NCBI GenBank assembly: GCA_026392355.1 | Contig: JAPLCF010000031.1 | Span: forward strand, 10,785 to 74,784 | Reading direction: 5' to 3' | Source: Actinomycetota bacterium | GTDB lineage: Bacteria > Actinomycetota > Thermoleophilia > Gaiellales > F1-60-MAGs149 | DNA: 64,000 nucleotides | Shown: piece after piece, positions 10,111 to 21,325 of the stretch | Layout of the letters: every line of letters begins with the position of its first letter | How positions within the stretch are numbered: position 1 is the first letter of the stretch | Program-made: the position numbers and the translations under genes | Notes under the pieces: generated by a model | Told to the model about the DNA's origin: nothing | Seen by the model: only the letters and a program-made list of their open reading frames with translations | Databases searched by the model: none

Positions 10111-11169
10111 ATGGAGGCTGATGCCACACAGCCGGTCGCGTGCCGGAAGACGTCGGCAACCGTGCGCTACGGCATTGCCGCGATCCTCGTCGTCTTCTAC
10201 GCCGAGGGCCTCCTGCGCGGGGGGCCATGGTACAGCTGGGTGCTGTTCGGCGCCCTGCTCGTGCCTGCTGCGTACGGCCTTATCCACACCACGCGCGAGT
10301 TGCCGCGTGGGCTGCGCCCGCGGACGATCGATTTGGCGCTGACGATGGGATCGGCGCTGGTCGTCGCCCTTGGCGTGCGCGAGGCAGGACTCTCGCCGGT
10401 GCTCGTGGCCTCGCTGATCGGAGTGGTTGCGGCGATCGTCTCGACGTTCCACAACCGCATCGCCCATGCCGCCGTGCCGCTGTACTGCGGCGCGTTCGCG
10501 GGAATGACGTCCGAGCTCGTGCTCGCGGACTGGCCCGCCGTTGCGCTCTCGGGTCTGGTCGCCGGCGTGCTCGTCTCGCTCCTGCGCGCCACGTGGGACG
10601 GCGTCGGCGGCAAGCTCGGCCTGCTGGCCTTCGGCGGCGTCTACCTCACGGCACTGCTCGCCCGTGCTCTCGGAACGATTGGCGCCGGCGCCCCGGTGCT
10701 CGAGCTCGACGGCGCCGATCGTCTCGCGATCGTCGCCGTGCCGCCGATCGCCGCGGCGGTCACGTGGGCGCTGCGTCACCACGGGTTGTCGCCGGTCATG
10801 GCGTCGGCGGCGCCGACCGCCGCCTTCACGATCCTGCTGATGCTGCTCGACAACCGGACGCCGCTCGGCGACATGATGGTCTTCAGCGTCACGCCACTCT
10901 GCGTGGCGTGGTTCGGCGGCAGCTTTATCGGCATGACATCGCCCGGCCGCGTCGGCGGTCGGCTCTGGCCGCTGCTGATCGCCGCGACGTTGTTCGGCGT
11001 GCTGCAGATCGGTTTCAAGCCGAAGATCGCAGGCTTCGGCGGCGACTTCGGCGCGTCGGCCGTCGTCGCGGTGCTCGCGATGGTGGGGCTCATCGAACTG
11101 GTGCGGCTGGCACGGGATCGCGGGCGCGCCGATGGCGATGCGGATGCTGCTGGGTCGCCGGTGGGCTGA
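10111..11169 (+). CDS. Uncharacterised polytopic membrane protein with an internal two-fold repeat
   Basis: About 10-12 hydrophobic segments; repeated motifs YCGAFAGMTS...GGKLG and FGGSFIGMTS...GGDFG. Confidence 0.7.
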   Translation: MEADATQPVACRKTSATVRYGIAAILVVFYAEGLLRGGPWYSWVLFGALLVPAAYGLIHTTRELPRGLRPRTIDLALTMGSALVVALGVREAGLSPVLVASLIGVVAAIVSTFHNRIAHAAVPLYCGAFAGMTSELVLADWPAVALSGLVAGVLVSLLRATWDGVGGKLGLLAFGGVYLTALLARALGTIGAGAPVLELDGADRLAIVAVPPIAAAVTWALRHHGLSPVMASAAPTAAFTILLMLLDNRTPLGDMMVFSVTPLCVAWFGGSFIGMTSPGRVGGRLWPLLIAATLFGVLQIGFKPKIAGFGGDFGASAVVAVLAMVGLIELVRLARDRGRADGDADAAGSPVG

Positions 11170-11251
11170 CCGCCCCTGCAGACCCGCTGGCAGCCCGGCA
11201 CTCCGCGGGGGATTTCGGATGGGGATGGCGAACGTCGCGCAGACTGAGACC

Positions 11252-12109
11252 ATGCCGCGACGCCTTCTCTGCATCTGCCTGGCCGCATTCGGTCTGTTCG
11301 TTCCCGCATCGGCGCTCGGTGCGAAGGCTCCGGCGGCAACCGTTGGCAAGCCGCGTATCGAGTCCGTGCGGGTACTGCGCGCCGACGATTCCAGCCGAGT
11401 CGCGGTCGCCGTAGTCGTCCGCCACGCCGCGCTCGGAGACGTCGCGGTCGGCGCGCAGGGTGTTGGCACCGCAACGGTGGTCCTCTCACGGTTCGTCGGT
11501 GATCGCAACTTCTCGATCGCCGGTGGCACCGCCTCGTGGTCGCTGCCCACGGTCGGCGCCACCGCTGCGCTCTACGTGGTCACGCTCAACGCCAAGCAGG
11601 GGAAGGCCGTCGAGGCGGCCTCGACCGACGGTGTGCTGCGCGCGCTTGTGCTCGTCGATGAGCGCGTTCGTGCCCGTGGGCGGGCGCCCGCGCGCAACGG
11701 CAACTTCGATCAGCGCGACGCGCGCGTCGTGCCGGTGGCGACGGCGCCCGTGGCGCTGCCGCCGCTGTTCACGGGCGGGGGACGCCGCGTTGCGATCGGC
11801 GCGGACGCCCGCGGACGGTCGTTTGTCGAATCGGCCACGATCCCCGTCTCGGGCGGGCGCACGCTCGTCCTCGCACCGCACGCGCTCGTCCCGGCCTCAG
11901 GTGAGCCTGCGACGCTCGGGGGGAAGGCGACGCTGCTCGGTGCCGATGGCGCGGTGCTCGCGACCTTCGCCGCGCCGCCTGGCATTACGTTCGCCGTCAG
12001 CCCAACCGGCAAGCGCCGCGGCACGCTCGCCTGGCCGGCGTTCCAGCCCGAGGGAGCGGACCCGATCGACGCGGGGACCGCACTGCTGTCTCCACCGCCC
12101 ACGCGCTGA
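11252..12109 (+). CDS. Hypothetical secreted protein
   Basis: Signal-peptide-like N-terminus MPRRLLCICLAAFGLFVPASALG; GC3-biased frame. Confidence 0.6.
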   Translation: MPRRLLCICLAAFGLFVPASALGAKAPAATVGKPRIESVRVLRADDSSRVAVAVVVRHAALGDVAVGAQGVGTATVVLSRFVGDRNFSIAGGTASWSLPTVGATAALYVVTLNAKQGKAVEAASTDGVLRALVLVDERVRARGRAPARNGNFDQRDARVVPVATAPVALPPLFTGGGRRVAIGADARGRSFVESATIPVSGGRTLVLAPHALVPASGEPATLGGKATLLGADGAVLATFAAPPGITFAVSPTGKRRGTLAWPAFQPEGADPIDAGTALLSPPPTR

Positions 12110-12163
12110 TTTCGACCGTCCGCGCCGAGGGCTCCGCCGTCTGCGCGTCGTGCCGAGCGCCGG

Positions 12164-12367
12164 TTAGCGCAACTTGCGGATGACGCCGACGACCAGGAGC
12201 GCGCCGGCAGCGGCGATCGCGATCGGGGCGACACGCTTGGCGGAGGCGGTGGCCTCCATGCGGGCGCTGTCGGCAGACGAGCCAAAGTTGCCGACGGCCT
12301 CGACGAAGCCAGCCTGTGCGGCCTCAGCCTCGACGCGGGCGGCGGCGACGTTCTTGTTCTCGCGCAT
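12164..12367 (-). CDS. Small membrane-anchored protein (DUF3618-like)
   Basis: Helical N-terminus, single C-terminal TM; coupled to upstream holin-like gene as in the common actinobacterial pair. Confidence 0.55.
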   Translation of the reverse strand: MRENKNVAAARVEAEAAQAGFVEAVGNFGSSADSARMEATASAKRVAPIAIAAAGALLVVGVIRKLR

Positions 12368-12789
12368 CAGCGCTCTCCCTGGAGCGTCGTGTCCTCGGCC
12401 GACGGCGGCACGAGGCCGAGCTCGGCCGGGGTGCCCTTGGCGATGCCGAGGGCGGTCTCCGGAATCGGCGGGCCGACCTTCTGGAGGATCGTCTTACCGA
12501 CGAGGCCACAGATGGCGGCAAGCACGAGAAAGCCGACGGCGGTGATCAGCGCGGCCAGCCACACCGGCACGACGTTGGCGAGCGCCCAGATGATGCAGAT
12601 CATCACGGCGAAGAGCGAGAGGAACGCGAGGATGCCGGCGAAGACGAGGAGTCCGACACCCGGTGCCGCCTGCTGCGCCTTGGCCTTCACCTCGGCCTGG
12701 GCGAGCGCAATTTCGGCGCGGATCAGCCGCTGGCCCTGCTCGGAGACCTTGAACGCGCTCTCCTGAAGTCGATCGACGATCTGTCGCAT
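12367..12789 (-). CDS. Actinobacterial phage-holin-like (holin-X/YhjD-type) membrane protein, chromosomal
   Basis: LIRAEIALAQAE.K, two TMs, WLAALI, P.PET motif. Confidence 0.8.
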   Translation of the reverse strand: MRQIVDRLQESAFKVSEQGQRLIRAEIALAQAEVKAKAQQAAPGVGLLVFAGILAFLSLFAVMICIIWALANVVPVWLAALITAVGFLVLAAICGLVGKTILQKVGPPIPETALGIAKGTPAELGLVPPSAEDTTLQGER

Positions 12790-12799
12790 GCCTCGGATG

Positions 12800-14689
<1,890 letters not shown>

Positions 14690-14824
14690 GGAGGCAGGGT
14701 AGGTCAGTACCAATGACGGGGATGCGGTCACCTAGGTAATGGAGGCTCGGCTTTAAATCGATACCACAATCCATTTATGGTTTTGTTATCTTTTTTTCGG
14801 CACCTACTTTGGAGACCATCACCC

Positions 14825-15274
14825 GTGCTCTACGACACCCTTTACGCGATCCACTCGCCGTTCGTGTTTCTGTGGCTTAGTTGCCTCTTCCTGACGCTGA
14901 TCTTCGCAGCAATCACGTGGCTACAGGCTTCGAAAGGTCTAGCCCCCGACGGGATGAGAATCGTGCGTTTCACGACGATTGTCGGTCTGCCGTGTGCCAC
15001 CATGGTGCTGATCACCGGTCTGATGATGTTTGCTACGGGTGATTGGCCCAAGGGGGACGGCTACGCATTGGTGCTCGGCACCGTGCTCTTGCTGCTTGTG
15101 ACCATCCCCGGTACTGCCTTGGCGTACTGGTCTGCTCGAAAGCTGCTTAGCGCGGCAACGGGCTCGGGCGAGGTGACCACGTACGCGCGTCACCTCATGT
15201 TGATCTGCGGTGTCCAGTTCGTCCTGATCCTGATCGCGACCATTCGGGGCCTCAACGCAGCGGGGAAGTTGTGA
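14825..15274 (+). CDS. DUF2269-like 4-TM membrane protein, paralog 1
   Basis: YDTL..IH......W; alignable over its full length to 15783-16220; GGAGA RBS at 14811-14815. Confidence 0.65.
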   Translation: MLYDTLYAIHSPFVFLWLSCLFLTLIFAAITWLQASKGLAPDGMRIVRFTTIVGLPCATMVLITGLMMFATGDWPKGDGYALVLGTVLLLLVTIPGTALAYWSARKLLSAATGSGEVTTYARHLMLICGVQFVLILIATIRGLNAAGKL

Positions 15275-15336
15275 CGATCGGTCGTCTCGGCGGGTGACGT
15301 TGAACGTCCGTGGCCTCGGCTGGGACGCGGCCACTT

Positions 15337-15366
15337 GGACAATTTGGATCCGGATCCAAATTGTCC
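15337..15366. repeat. Perfect 30-bp palindrome (REP-like or operator)
   Basis: ggacaatttggatccggatccaaattgtcc equals its own reverse complement; ends 3 nt before a TACGCT -10 box. Confidence 0.9.
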
Positions 15367-15381
15367 GCGTACGCTTCTGTG

Positions 15382-15786
15382 GTGACGACTGAAGATCTCG
15401 ACCGGGCTGAGTTCGAGGAGCGCTACGCGATCGCTGCCGACGCGACGGGCGCCCTGGCCGGCCCCGACGAGCTCGACGAGGCGTGGGACGACTACCGGTC
15501 CGGCATGTGGGATCGCCTGCTGGCTGAGCCGACGCCCGAGAACGCCGTGCACGCCAATCGCCTGGCCGGCTCGATCGCGGAGCTGCTGGAAAAACCGGCT
15601 CCTGATGATGAGGCATGGCAGCGTCGGCTGATCGCTCGTGTCGACCAACTGGCGGTCCTGCTGCGGGAAGGAGGCGCCGAAGATCGGGCGAAGGGGGAGC
15701 CGCATCCTTGGGACCTCTGGGTCGCCGCGCCCCGGCGCGACTACGCTGAAGTCCTCGCGCGACCGACGGAGACAGAACAGCCATGA
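15382..15786 (+). CDS. Hypothetical acidic soluble protein
   Basis: GC3-biased ORF, TACGCT -10 6 nt upstream, ATGA overlap with next gene. Confidence 0.6.
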   Translation: MTTEDLDRAEFEERYAIAADATGALAGPDELDEAWDDYRSGMWDRLLAEPTPENAVHANRLAGSIAELLEKPAPDDEAWQRRLIARVDQLAVLLREGGAEDRAKGEPHPWDLWVAAPRRDYAEVLARPTETEQP

Positions 15787-16220
15787 GCTACGACACCCTC
15801 AAAGTCATTCACACGCTGGCGGCGTACATCTGGCTCGGCAGCCTCTTCGGATCGCTGATCTTCGCAACGATTGCCACGCGCCGTAGCGCCAATGGCGTGC
15901 TGACCGGCGCGGTCGCCGTCGTGCGCTTCGCCACCCGCGTCGGCCTGCCCGCCGCCGTCGTCCTGCTGATCTCCGGTATCTGGATGCTCGTCTCGTACAA
16001 CGTGGGCAACGGCCTGTGGATCAATATCGGCTTCATCATGTGGCTCATTGCCGCTGTCGTCGGCAGCGCCTTGATGCACCCGGCGGCGCGCAAAATGCGC
16101 AACGCCGCATCCGACGGTGAGGCAATTTCGTACGCCAAGCGGATCATCTGGGTCGGTGCCCTGGAGATCATCGCCATCGCCGTCGGGATCTGGGTGATGG
16201 GCGCACAGCCCGGCGGCTGA
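15783..16220 (+). CDS. DUF2269-like 4-TM membrane protein, paralog 2
   Basis: MSYDTLKVIH.....IWLG, PAAVVLLISG.WM, C-terminal WVM..QP. Confidence 0.75.
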   Translation: MSYDTLKVIHTLAAYIWLGSLFGSLIFATIATRRSANGVLTGAVAVVRFATRVGLPAAVVLLISGIWMLVSYNVGNGLWINIGFIMWLIAAVVGSALMHPAARKMRNAASDGEAISYAKRIIWVGALEIIAIAVGIWVMGAQPGG

Positions 16221-17470
16221 TGCCCCTGCGCAACGACCCGCTCCTGTCCGATCGGGACGGGCGTCTTCTACTGGCGGCGCAGGCGCTCGACGTGGTGGGC
16301 GCCGGCGTTTCGATGATCGCCCTGCCGTGGCTCGTGCTCGACCACGGCGGCACCAGTACGCAGGCCGGTCTGATCTTCGCGCTGTCGGTCTTCCCGTACG
16401 TCGTCTTCGGCCTACCGGCCGGTGTGATTGGCGATCGTCACTCGCGCCAGAAGGTGATGTGGGTCTCGCACGCGCTACAGGCCCTCGTTGCACTCGTGAT
16501 TCCACTGTGGGCCTTTGCCGGCCAGCCACCGCTGGCGATCGTGCTGGTCGCGGCCTTCGCGATCGGCACCGCACGCGTCTTTGTCGATGCCGCGGTGTTC
16601 GGCGCGGTCGCGTCGCTGATCGGCCGTGAGCGCTTCACGCAGGGACAGGCGACACTCTCCGCGTCGTGGGCCTTAGGCTACTTCGCTGGTCCGGCAATCG
16701 GCGGCATCCTCATCGGACTTGTCGGCCCCGCCTTCGCGCTGTTGGCCGAGGCAATCGGCTTCCTCGCGGCATTGATCCTGATCCTGCTGATCCGCCGCGA
16801 CCTCGACGCTGGCCGGACCGGGGAGGAGGAGTCGGTGCCCGCGATGGCGATGATGAAAGAGGGTCTCGATGTCATCTGGCACCGACCGCGCGTGCGTGCC
16901 TACACGTGGGTGAGTATTGGGTGGAATCTCGGTGCGGCGATGTCGGCGGCGCTGATCGTGCCGCTGCTGCGCGAAACGTTGGGACTGTCATCGATCGAGG
17001 CCGGCTTCGTGCTCGGCATCGGGGCGGTGATGGGGCTGATCGTCCCGGTCTTCCTCGGCCGCCTGGTCGACACACAGGGGTCGGGGCGCGTGACCGCGGG
17101 GCTCGCGCTGCTCAGTAGCGGTTCGATTCTGGCCACCGCGGCGGCGCCCGGCTTCGTGATCGTCACGGCGACGAACGCAGTGCGGTCATTCACCGACTTC
17201 GCGCTCATCTCGACGGTGATCGGCGAGCGGCAAAAGGGCGTGCCCGACCGCCTCCAGGCCCGCGTCGGCATCACCGGCCGGATGATCGCGGTGTGCGCGA
17301 TCGCAGGCGGCGGTGCGATCGGTGCGTTCCTTGCCGAGGTCATCGGCGTGCGCGGCGTCTTCATCGTCTCTGGCCTCGGCGTTGCGATCGCGGTGATCCT
17401 CACCATTCCGCGTGTGCTGCGCCTCGATCGGCCCGACAAGGAGCCGACGATCGAGCTGCCTCGCCGCTAG
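16220..17470 (+). CDS. MFS transporter (DHA3/macrolide-efflux-like)
   Basis: 12 TM; GLPAGVIGDRHSRQKVM motif A; GPAIGG; VPDRLQARV. Confidence 0.9.
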   Translation: MPLRNDPLLSDRDGRLLLAAQALDVVGAGVSMIALPWLVLDHGGTSTQAGLIFALSVFPYVVFGLPAGVIGDRHSRQKVMWVSHALQALVALVIPLWAFAGQPPLAIVLVAAFAIGTARVFVDAAVFGAVASLIGRERFTQGQATLSASWALGYFAGPAIGGILIGLVGPAFALLAEAIGFLAALILILLIRRDLDAGRTGEEESVPAMAMMKEGLDVIWHRPRVRAYTWVSIGWNLGAAMSAALIVPLLRETLGLSSIEAGFVLGIGAVMGLIVPVFLGRLVDTQGSGRVTAGLALLSSGSILATAAAPGFVIVTATNAVRSFTDFALISTVIGERQKGVPDRLQARVGITGRMIAVCAIAGGGAIGAFLAEVIGVRGVFIVSGLGVAIAVILTIPRVLRLDRPDKEPTIELPRR

Positions 17471-18915
17471 CCGAGCAGTTCGCGAATCGCCGCGACGAGC
17501 CCGCCGAGATCGTGCTCGTCGGCTTCCGCGGCGATGCCCACGCCGAGCTCGCGCATCGTCGCGCTGGTGATCGGCCCGATCGACACGCCCGGCAAGTCCT
17601 CGAGGTCGGCCTCGGGGAAGGCCTCGGCAAAGGCGCGGACGGTCGAGGCCGAGGTGAAGGTCACGCAGTCGGCGCGCAGCAGATCGTCGCCCTAGGGCAC
17701 GGCGAACTCGGTGCGATAGAGCGCGCTGATCTCGACGGTGGCGCCGGCGTTGGCGAGGCCGTCGGGCAGCAGGTCGCGCGCCTCCTCGGCGCGAGCGATC
17801 AGCACGCGCTTGCCGGCCACGCGGTCCTGCAGCGTTTCGAGCAGTGCCTCGGCAACCGCACGCTCGGAAACGACGTCGGCCACGACCCCGATCTCGCGCA
17901 GGGCTGCCGCCGTGCCGGGTCCGATCGCGGCCACCTCAACGCCGTGCAGGGCGCGAGCGTCGCCGCCGATCGCGGCCAGAAGCAGCGCGGGCGTGTTCGG
18001 GCTCGTCACGACGATCAGATCGAAGGTACCGGCGTCGATCGGTGCGACGTCGAGCGGCACGGTGCGGATGGTCGGCGCGCTGATGACCTTCGCGCCGAGA
18101 TCGGTGAGTCGGCGCGTGAGGCCATCGGCCTGGGCGCGGGCACGCGTGACGGCGATGACGCGGCCGGCGAGCGGCAGGCGGTCGGCCCAGCCGATCGCCT
18201 CGCGGACCGAGACGACATCGCCGACGACGGTGACGGCGGGCGACGTGACGCCCTGCTCGGCGGCGATCGCAGCGATCGTGCCGAGCGTCCCGGTGGTGAC
18301 GCGCTGGGTCGGGAGCGTGCCGCGCTCGACGATGCCGACCGGCGTCTCTGCCGAGCGGCCGCCCGCGATCAACGCGTCGCTGATCTTGCCGAGGCGGCCG
18401 ACACCCATCAGGAGCACGAGCGTGCCACCGGCCTTGGCGAGCGCATCCCAGTCGGTCTGCGTGTCGGGCTTGGTGGGGTCCTCGTGGCCGGTGACGATCG
18501 TGAGGTGCGTCGCCATGCCGCGGTGCGTGACGGGGATGCCACCCGCCGACGGCGCGGCGATCGAGCTGGAGATACCGGGCACGACCTCGTAGTCGACGCC
18601 GGCGGCGTGCAGTGCCTCGGCCTCCTCGGAGCCACGGCCGAAGACGAACGGATCGCCGCCCTTCAGGCGCACGACCATCGCGCCGGTCAGGCCGTGCTCG
18701 ACCAGGCACGCGTTGGTCTCCTCCTGCGTCATCGCGACCTTGCCGGGCGCCTTGCCCGCGTTGATCAGCAGGCAGCCAGGCTTGGCCTCAAGCGGCAACT
18801 GGTCGCCGGCCAGGCGGTCGAGCACGAGCACATCTGCGCGGCGCACGAGGTCGAGGCCGCGGACGGTGATTAGCCCGGGATCGCCGGGGCCTGCGCCAAC
18901 GAGATAGACGGTCAT
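17467..18915 (-). CDS. cobA/hemD: Bifunctional uroporphyrinogen-III C-methyltransferase/synthase (CobA-HemD), interrupted by in-frame TAG at 17692-17694
   Basis: VYLVGAGPGDPGLIT, VVRLKGGDPFVFGRG.EE, VTRAR.QA, VTSPN; the same frame continues after TAG with GDDLLRADCVTFTSASTV...SIGPITS. Confidence 0.88.
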
Positions 18916-19805
18916 GCGACCCCCTCTGCAAGGAGCTCGGCGCCACCTTCCTGCAGCAGCTGGTCGACGATCGTGTCGACGAGCGCGTGGGCGTTATCGC
19001 CCTCGGCTTCGTGGCGAATTGTCTGTGTCCCGTCGGGCGAGCTGACCCAGCCGATCAGGCGCCAGCCGGTGTCGATGCGGTGCGCGTGTGCGGCGACGGG
19101 CACGCGGCAGCCGCCGCCGAGCCGGCGCGTCACGCCACGCTCGGCCATCACTGCGGTGCGCGTGTCGAGATGATCGACCGCGACAACGAGGCCACCGTCA
19201 CCGACGCGCGTCTGCAGGGCGATTGCGCCCTGGCCCGACTCTGGCACAAGCAGTTCGACGGGAAAGCGAAAGCCGATCTCGTGGTCGAGCCCGACGCGGT
19301 CGAGGCCACACGCGGCGAGGATTACGCCGTCAAGATCACTGGTCGTGCGGTGGTCGAGGCGGGTCTGCACGTTGCCGCGGATCGGCACGATCGTCAGATC
19401 GGGGCGTGCGGCTCGGAGCGCGGCGGTGCGGCGCAACGACGACGTGCCGACGCGGGCACCGACCGGGACATCGCCGAACGAGTGCGCCTCGCCGCACCAG
19501 GCATCGCGCGGATCGGCTCGCTCCAGAAACGCCGACAGCTCAAGACCCTCGGGCTGATCGCCGGTGAGGTCCTTGGACGAGTGCACAGCGACATCGATCT
19601 CGCCGGCGATGAGCGCCTCCTCGAGCGCCGATGCGAAGGCACCGGGGCCGAGCTCGCCGAGCGGCGTCGACTGCGCGGCATCGCCACGGGTCGAGACGAT
19701 CACGAGCTCCACCTGCGCACCCTGCGCAGTCAGAAGCGCTGCAGCTAGACGGGCCTGTGCCTGTGCCAGCGGGGAGCCTCGAGTACCGAGGCGAACGATG
19801 CTCAT
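18912..19805 (-). CDS. hemC: Hydroxymethylbilane synthase
   Basis: RLGTRGSPLA, AVHSSKD, GTSSLRR, RGNVQTRL, LGGGCRVP (dipyrromethane Cys). Confidence 0.95.
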   Translation of the reverse strand: MSIVRLGTRGSPLAQAQARLAAALLTAQGAQVELVIVSTRGDAAQSTPLGELGPGAFASALEEALIAGEIDVAVHSSKDLTGDQPEGLELSAFLERADPRDAWCGEAHSFGDVPVGARVGTSSLRRTAALRAARPDLTIVPIRGNVQTRLDHRTTSDLDGVILAACGLDRVGLDHEIGFRFPVELLVPESGQGAIALQTRVGDGGLVVAVDHLDTRTAVMAERGVTRRLGGGCRVPVAAHAHRIDTGWRLIGWVSSPDGTQTIRHEAEGDNAHALVDTIVDQLLQEGGAELLAEGVA

Positions 19806-19963
19806 GCGTCTGGCGCGCTCGGAGTCTGCTTCGCCTCGAGCTCCTCGAGCGTCTTCTCCAGGCGGTTCAGCTTGCGGCCGATGATCCACACGTACGCGAG
19901 GATCACGACCCAGACAAGGATGTACGCCGCTGCAACCCACGGCACGGCTTCGCGCAGCGTCAT
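19802..19963 (-). CDS. ccmD: CcmD-like small heme-export protein (53 aa, absent from the ORF track)
   Basis: MTLREAVPWVAAAYILVWVVILAYVWIIGRKLNRLEKTLEELE...: AAY..VW TM plus coiled coil; ATGA overlaps with both ccmC and hemC. Confidence 0.75.
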   Translation of the reverse strand: MTLREAVPWVAAAYILVWVVILAYVWIIGRKLNRLEKTLEELEAKQTPSAPDA

Positions 19964-20670
19964 GCGTCTTCACCTCGCGCAATGCGCTGCAGCTGCAGCA
20001 CGCGAGCAGCCGCTCGCTTGCCACGCAGCTCGACAGAAATCAGCAGAACCATCAGACTCAGCATGGCAGCCATTCCGACGAGGAACGTCAGCACGAACGT
20101 TCCGGGCATCGCCGCGCCGCTGGACGTGAAGACCGTGGGATGGATCAGCGTCTGCGCAACGCGCACCGCGAGGAGCGACATCGGGATCAGGCCGATGCCC
20201 AGCAGCGCGAATACGGCCGAGGCCGAGCGACGACGCTCGCCTTCGTCGAGCGAGAAGCGGAGCATGAAGTACGCGCAGTAGTAGAGGAACAGGATCAGGA
20301 ATACGTTGAGCTGCCGATCGCTCCAGTTCCACCAGACGCCCCAGGATGCCTTCGCCCAGATCGGGCCGGTGATCAGCACGAGCGTGCCGAAGATCGTGCC
20401 GGAATGGATGCCGACGTACGAGCGCAGGTCCCAGACCTCGGTGCGCTTCCAGAGGTACATCGCGGCGCAGAACGCGCCATACCCGAATGCGGCATACGAC
20501 GTCAGTGCGATCGGGACGTGGAAGTAGAAGATCTTCTGGCTGAGGCCCTGATCGATGTCCTCACCCGTCCACCAGAAGGCCATGCCGATCGTCAAGGGCA
20601 CCAGCACGATGCTGAGTACGAGCGGGATGGTGGTGGTGAGGTGCCGGTTCGTGCGCATGTCAGTCGCCAA
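19960..20670 (-). CDS. ccmC: Heme exporter / cytochrome c biogenesis protein CcmC
   Basis: IFYFHVP, TGPIWAKASWGVWWNWSD (WWD domain), second His in TLIHP. Confidence 0.9.
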   Translation of the reverse strand: MATDMRTNRHLTTTIPLVLSIVLVPLTIGMAFWWTGEDIDQGLSQKIFYFHVPIALTSYAAFGYGAFCAAMYLWKRTEVWDLRSYVGIHSGTIFGTLVLITGPIWAKASWGVWWNWSDRQLNVFLILFLYYCAYFMLRFSLDEGERRRSASAVFALLGIGLIPMSLLAVRVAQTLIHPTVFTSSGAAMPGTFVLTFLVGMAAMLSLMVLLISVELRGKRAAARVLQLQRIARGEDA

Positions 20671-21325
20671 GGAGGTGGTCGGAGGTGCCCCACGCGAGGG
20701 CGATGAACACCAAGTCGTAGAGTGCCAGAAAGCCGAGTGGTTGTAGGCCTCCCACCTCTTCGCCGAAGGCCCCGTACGTGGCCGTCACGCCGCCGAGCAC
20801 AACGGGGATCAGGAGGGGCAAGACGAGGACGGGGAGCAGCACGTCGCGCGTCCGCGCGCCGAGTGCCAGTGCCGCCGACAGCGTGCCGACGAGTGCGATG
20901 CCGATGTCGGCGAGGAGCAATGCGACGACGACCGTGCCGATGCTCGGACCATCCTGCTGGAAAAACAGCGCCCACCAGACGGGCACGGCGACCACCTCGA
21001 TCACGACGAGGAAGCCGAACTGGGCGAGAGCGGTGCCGAGCCAGATTGCGGCTCGATCGATCGGGGCCAGCAGTAGGGCGTCGAGCACGCCGCCCTCGTG
21101 CTCGGCAGAGAACGTGCGCAGCAGGCCGAGGACGGCGGTGAAGACCACGGCGGCCCAGAGCATGCCGGCGGCGGCGCGCGTGCCGGCACCCGTATCGCCA
21201 CTGAGGGCGAAGTGCACGATCACGATCGTCGCTGCGATGAACAGCAGCATCGCGAAGATCACCTCGCGCCGACGGATCTCGAGGACGAGCTTGACGCGAG
21301 CGATCGTGAGGGCGGCGCCGATCAC
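20660..21325 (-). CDS. ccmB: Heme exporter permease CcmB
   Basis: F..EHE.G.LD.LLLAP, LLPVLVLPLLIPV; 6 TM. Confidence 0.9.
   Translation of the reverse strand: MIGAALTIARVKLVLEIRRREVIFAMLLFIAATIVIVHFALSGDTGAGTRAAAGMLWAAVVFTAVLGLLRTFSAEHEGGVLDALLLAPIDRAAIWLGTALAQFGFLVVIEVVAVPVWWALFFQQDGPSIGTVVVALLLADIGIALVGTLSAALALGARTRDVLLPVLVLPLLIPVVLGGVTATYGAFGEEVGGLQPLGFLALYDLVFIALAWGTSDHLLGD

Noticed and set aside
12164-12789. Holin-like gene as a prophage marker
   Set aside because: This family is a common chromosomal actinobacterial gene; no phage genes are nearby.
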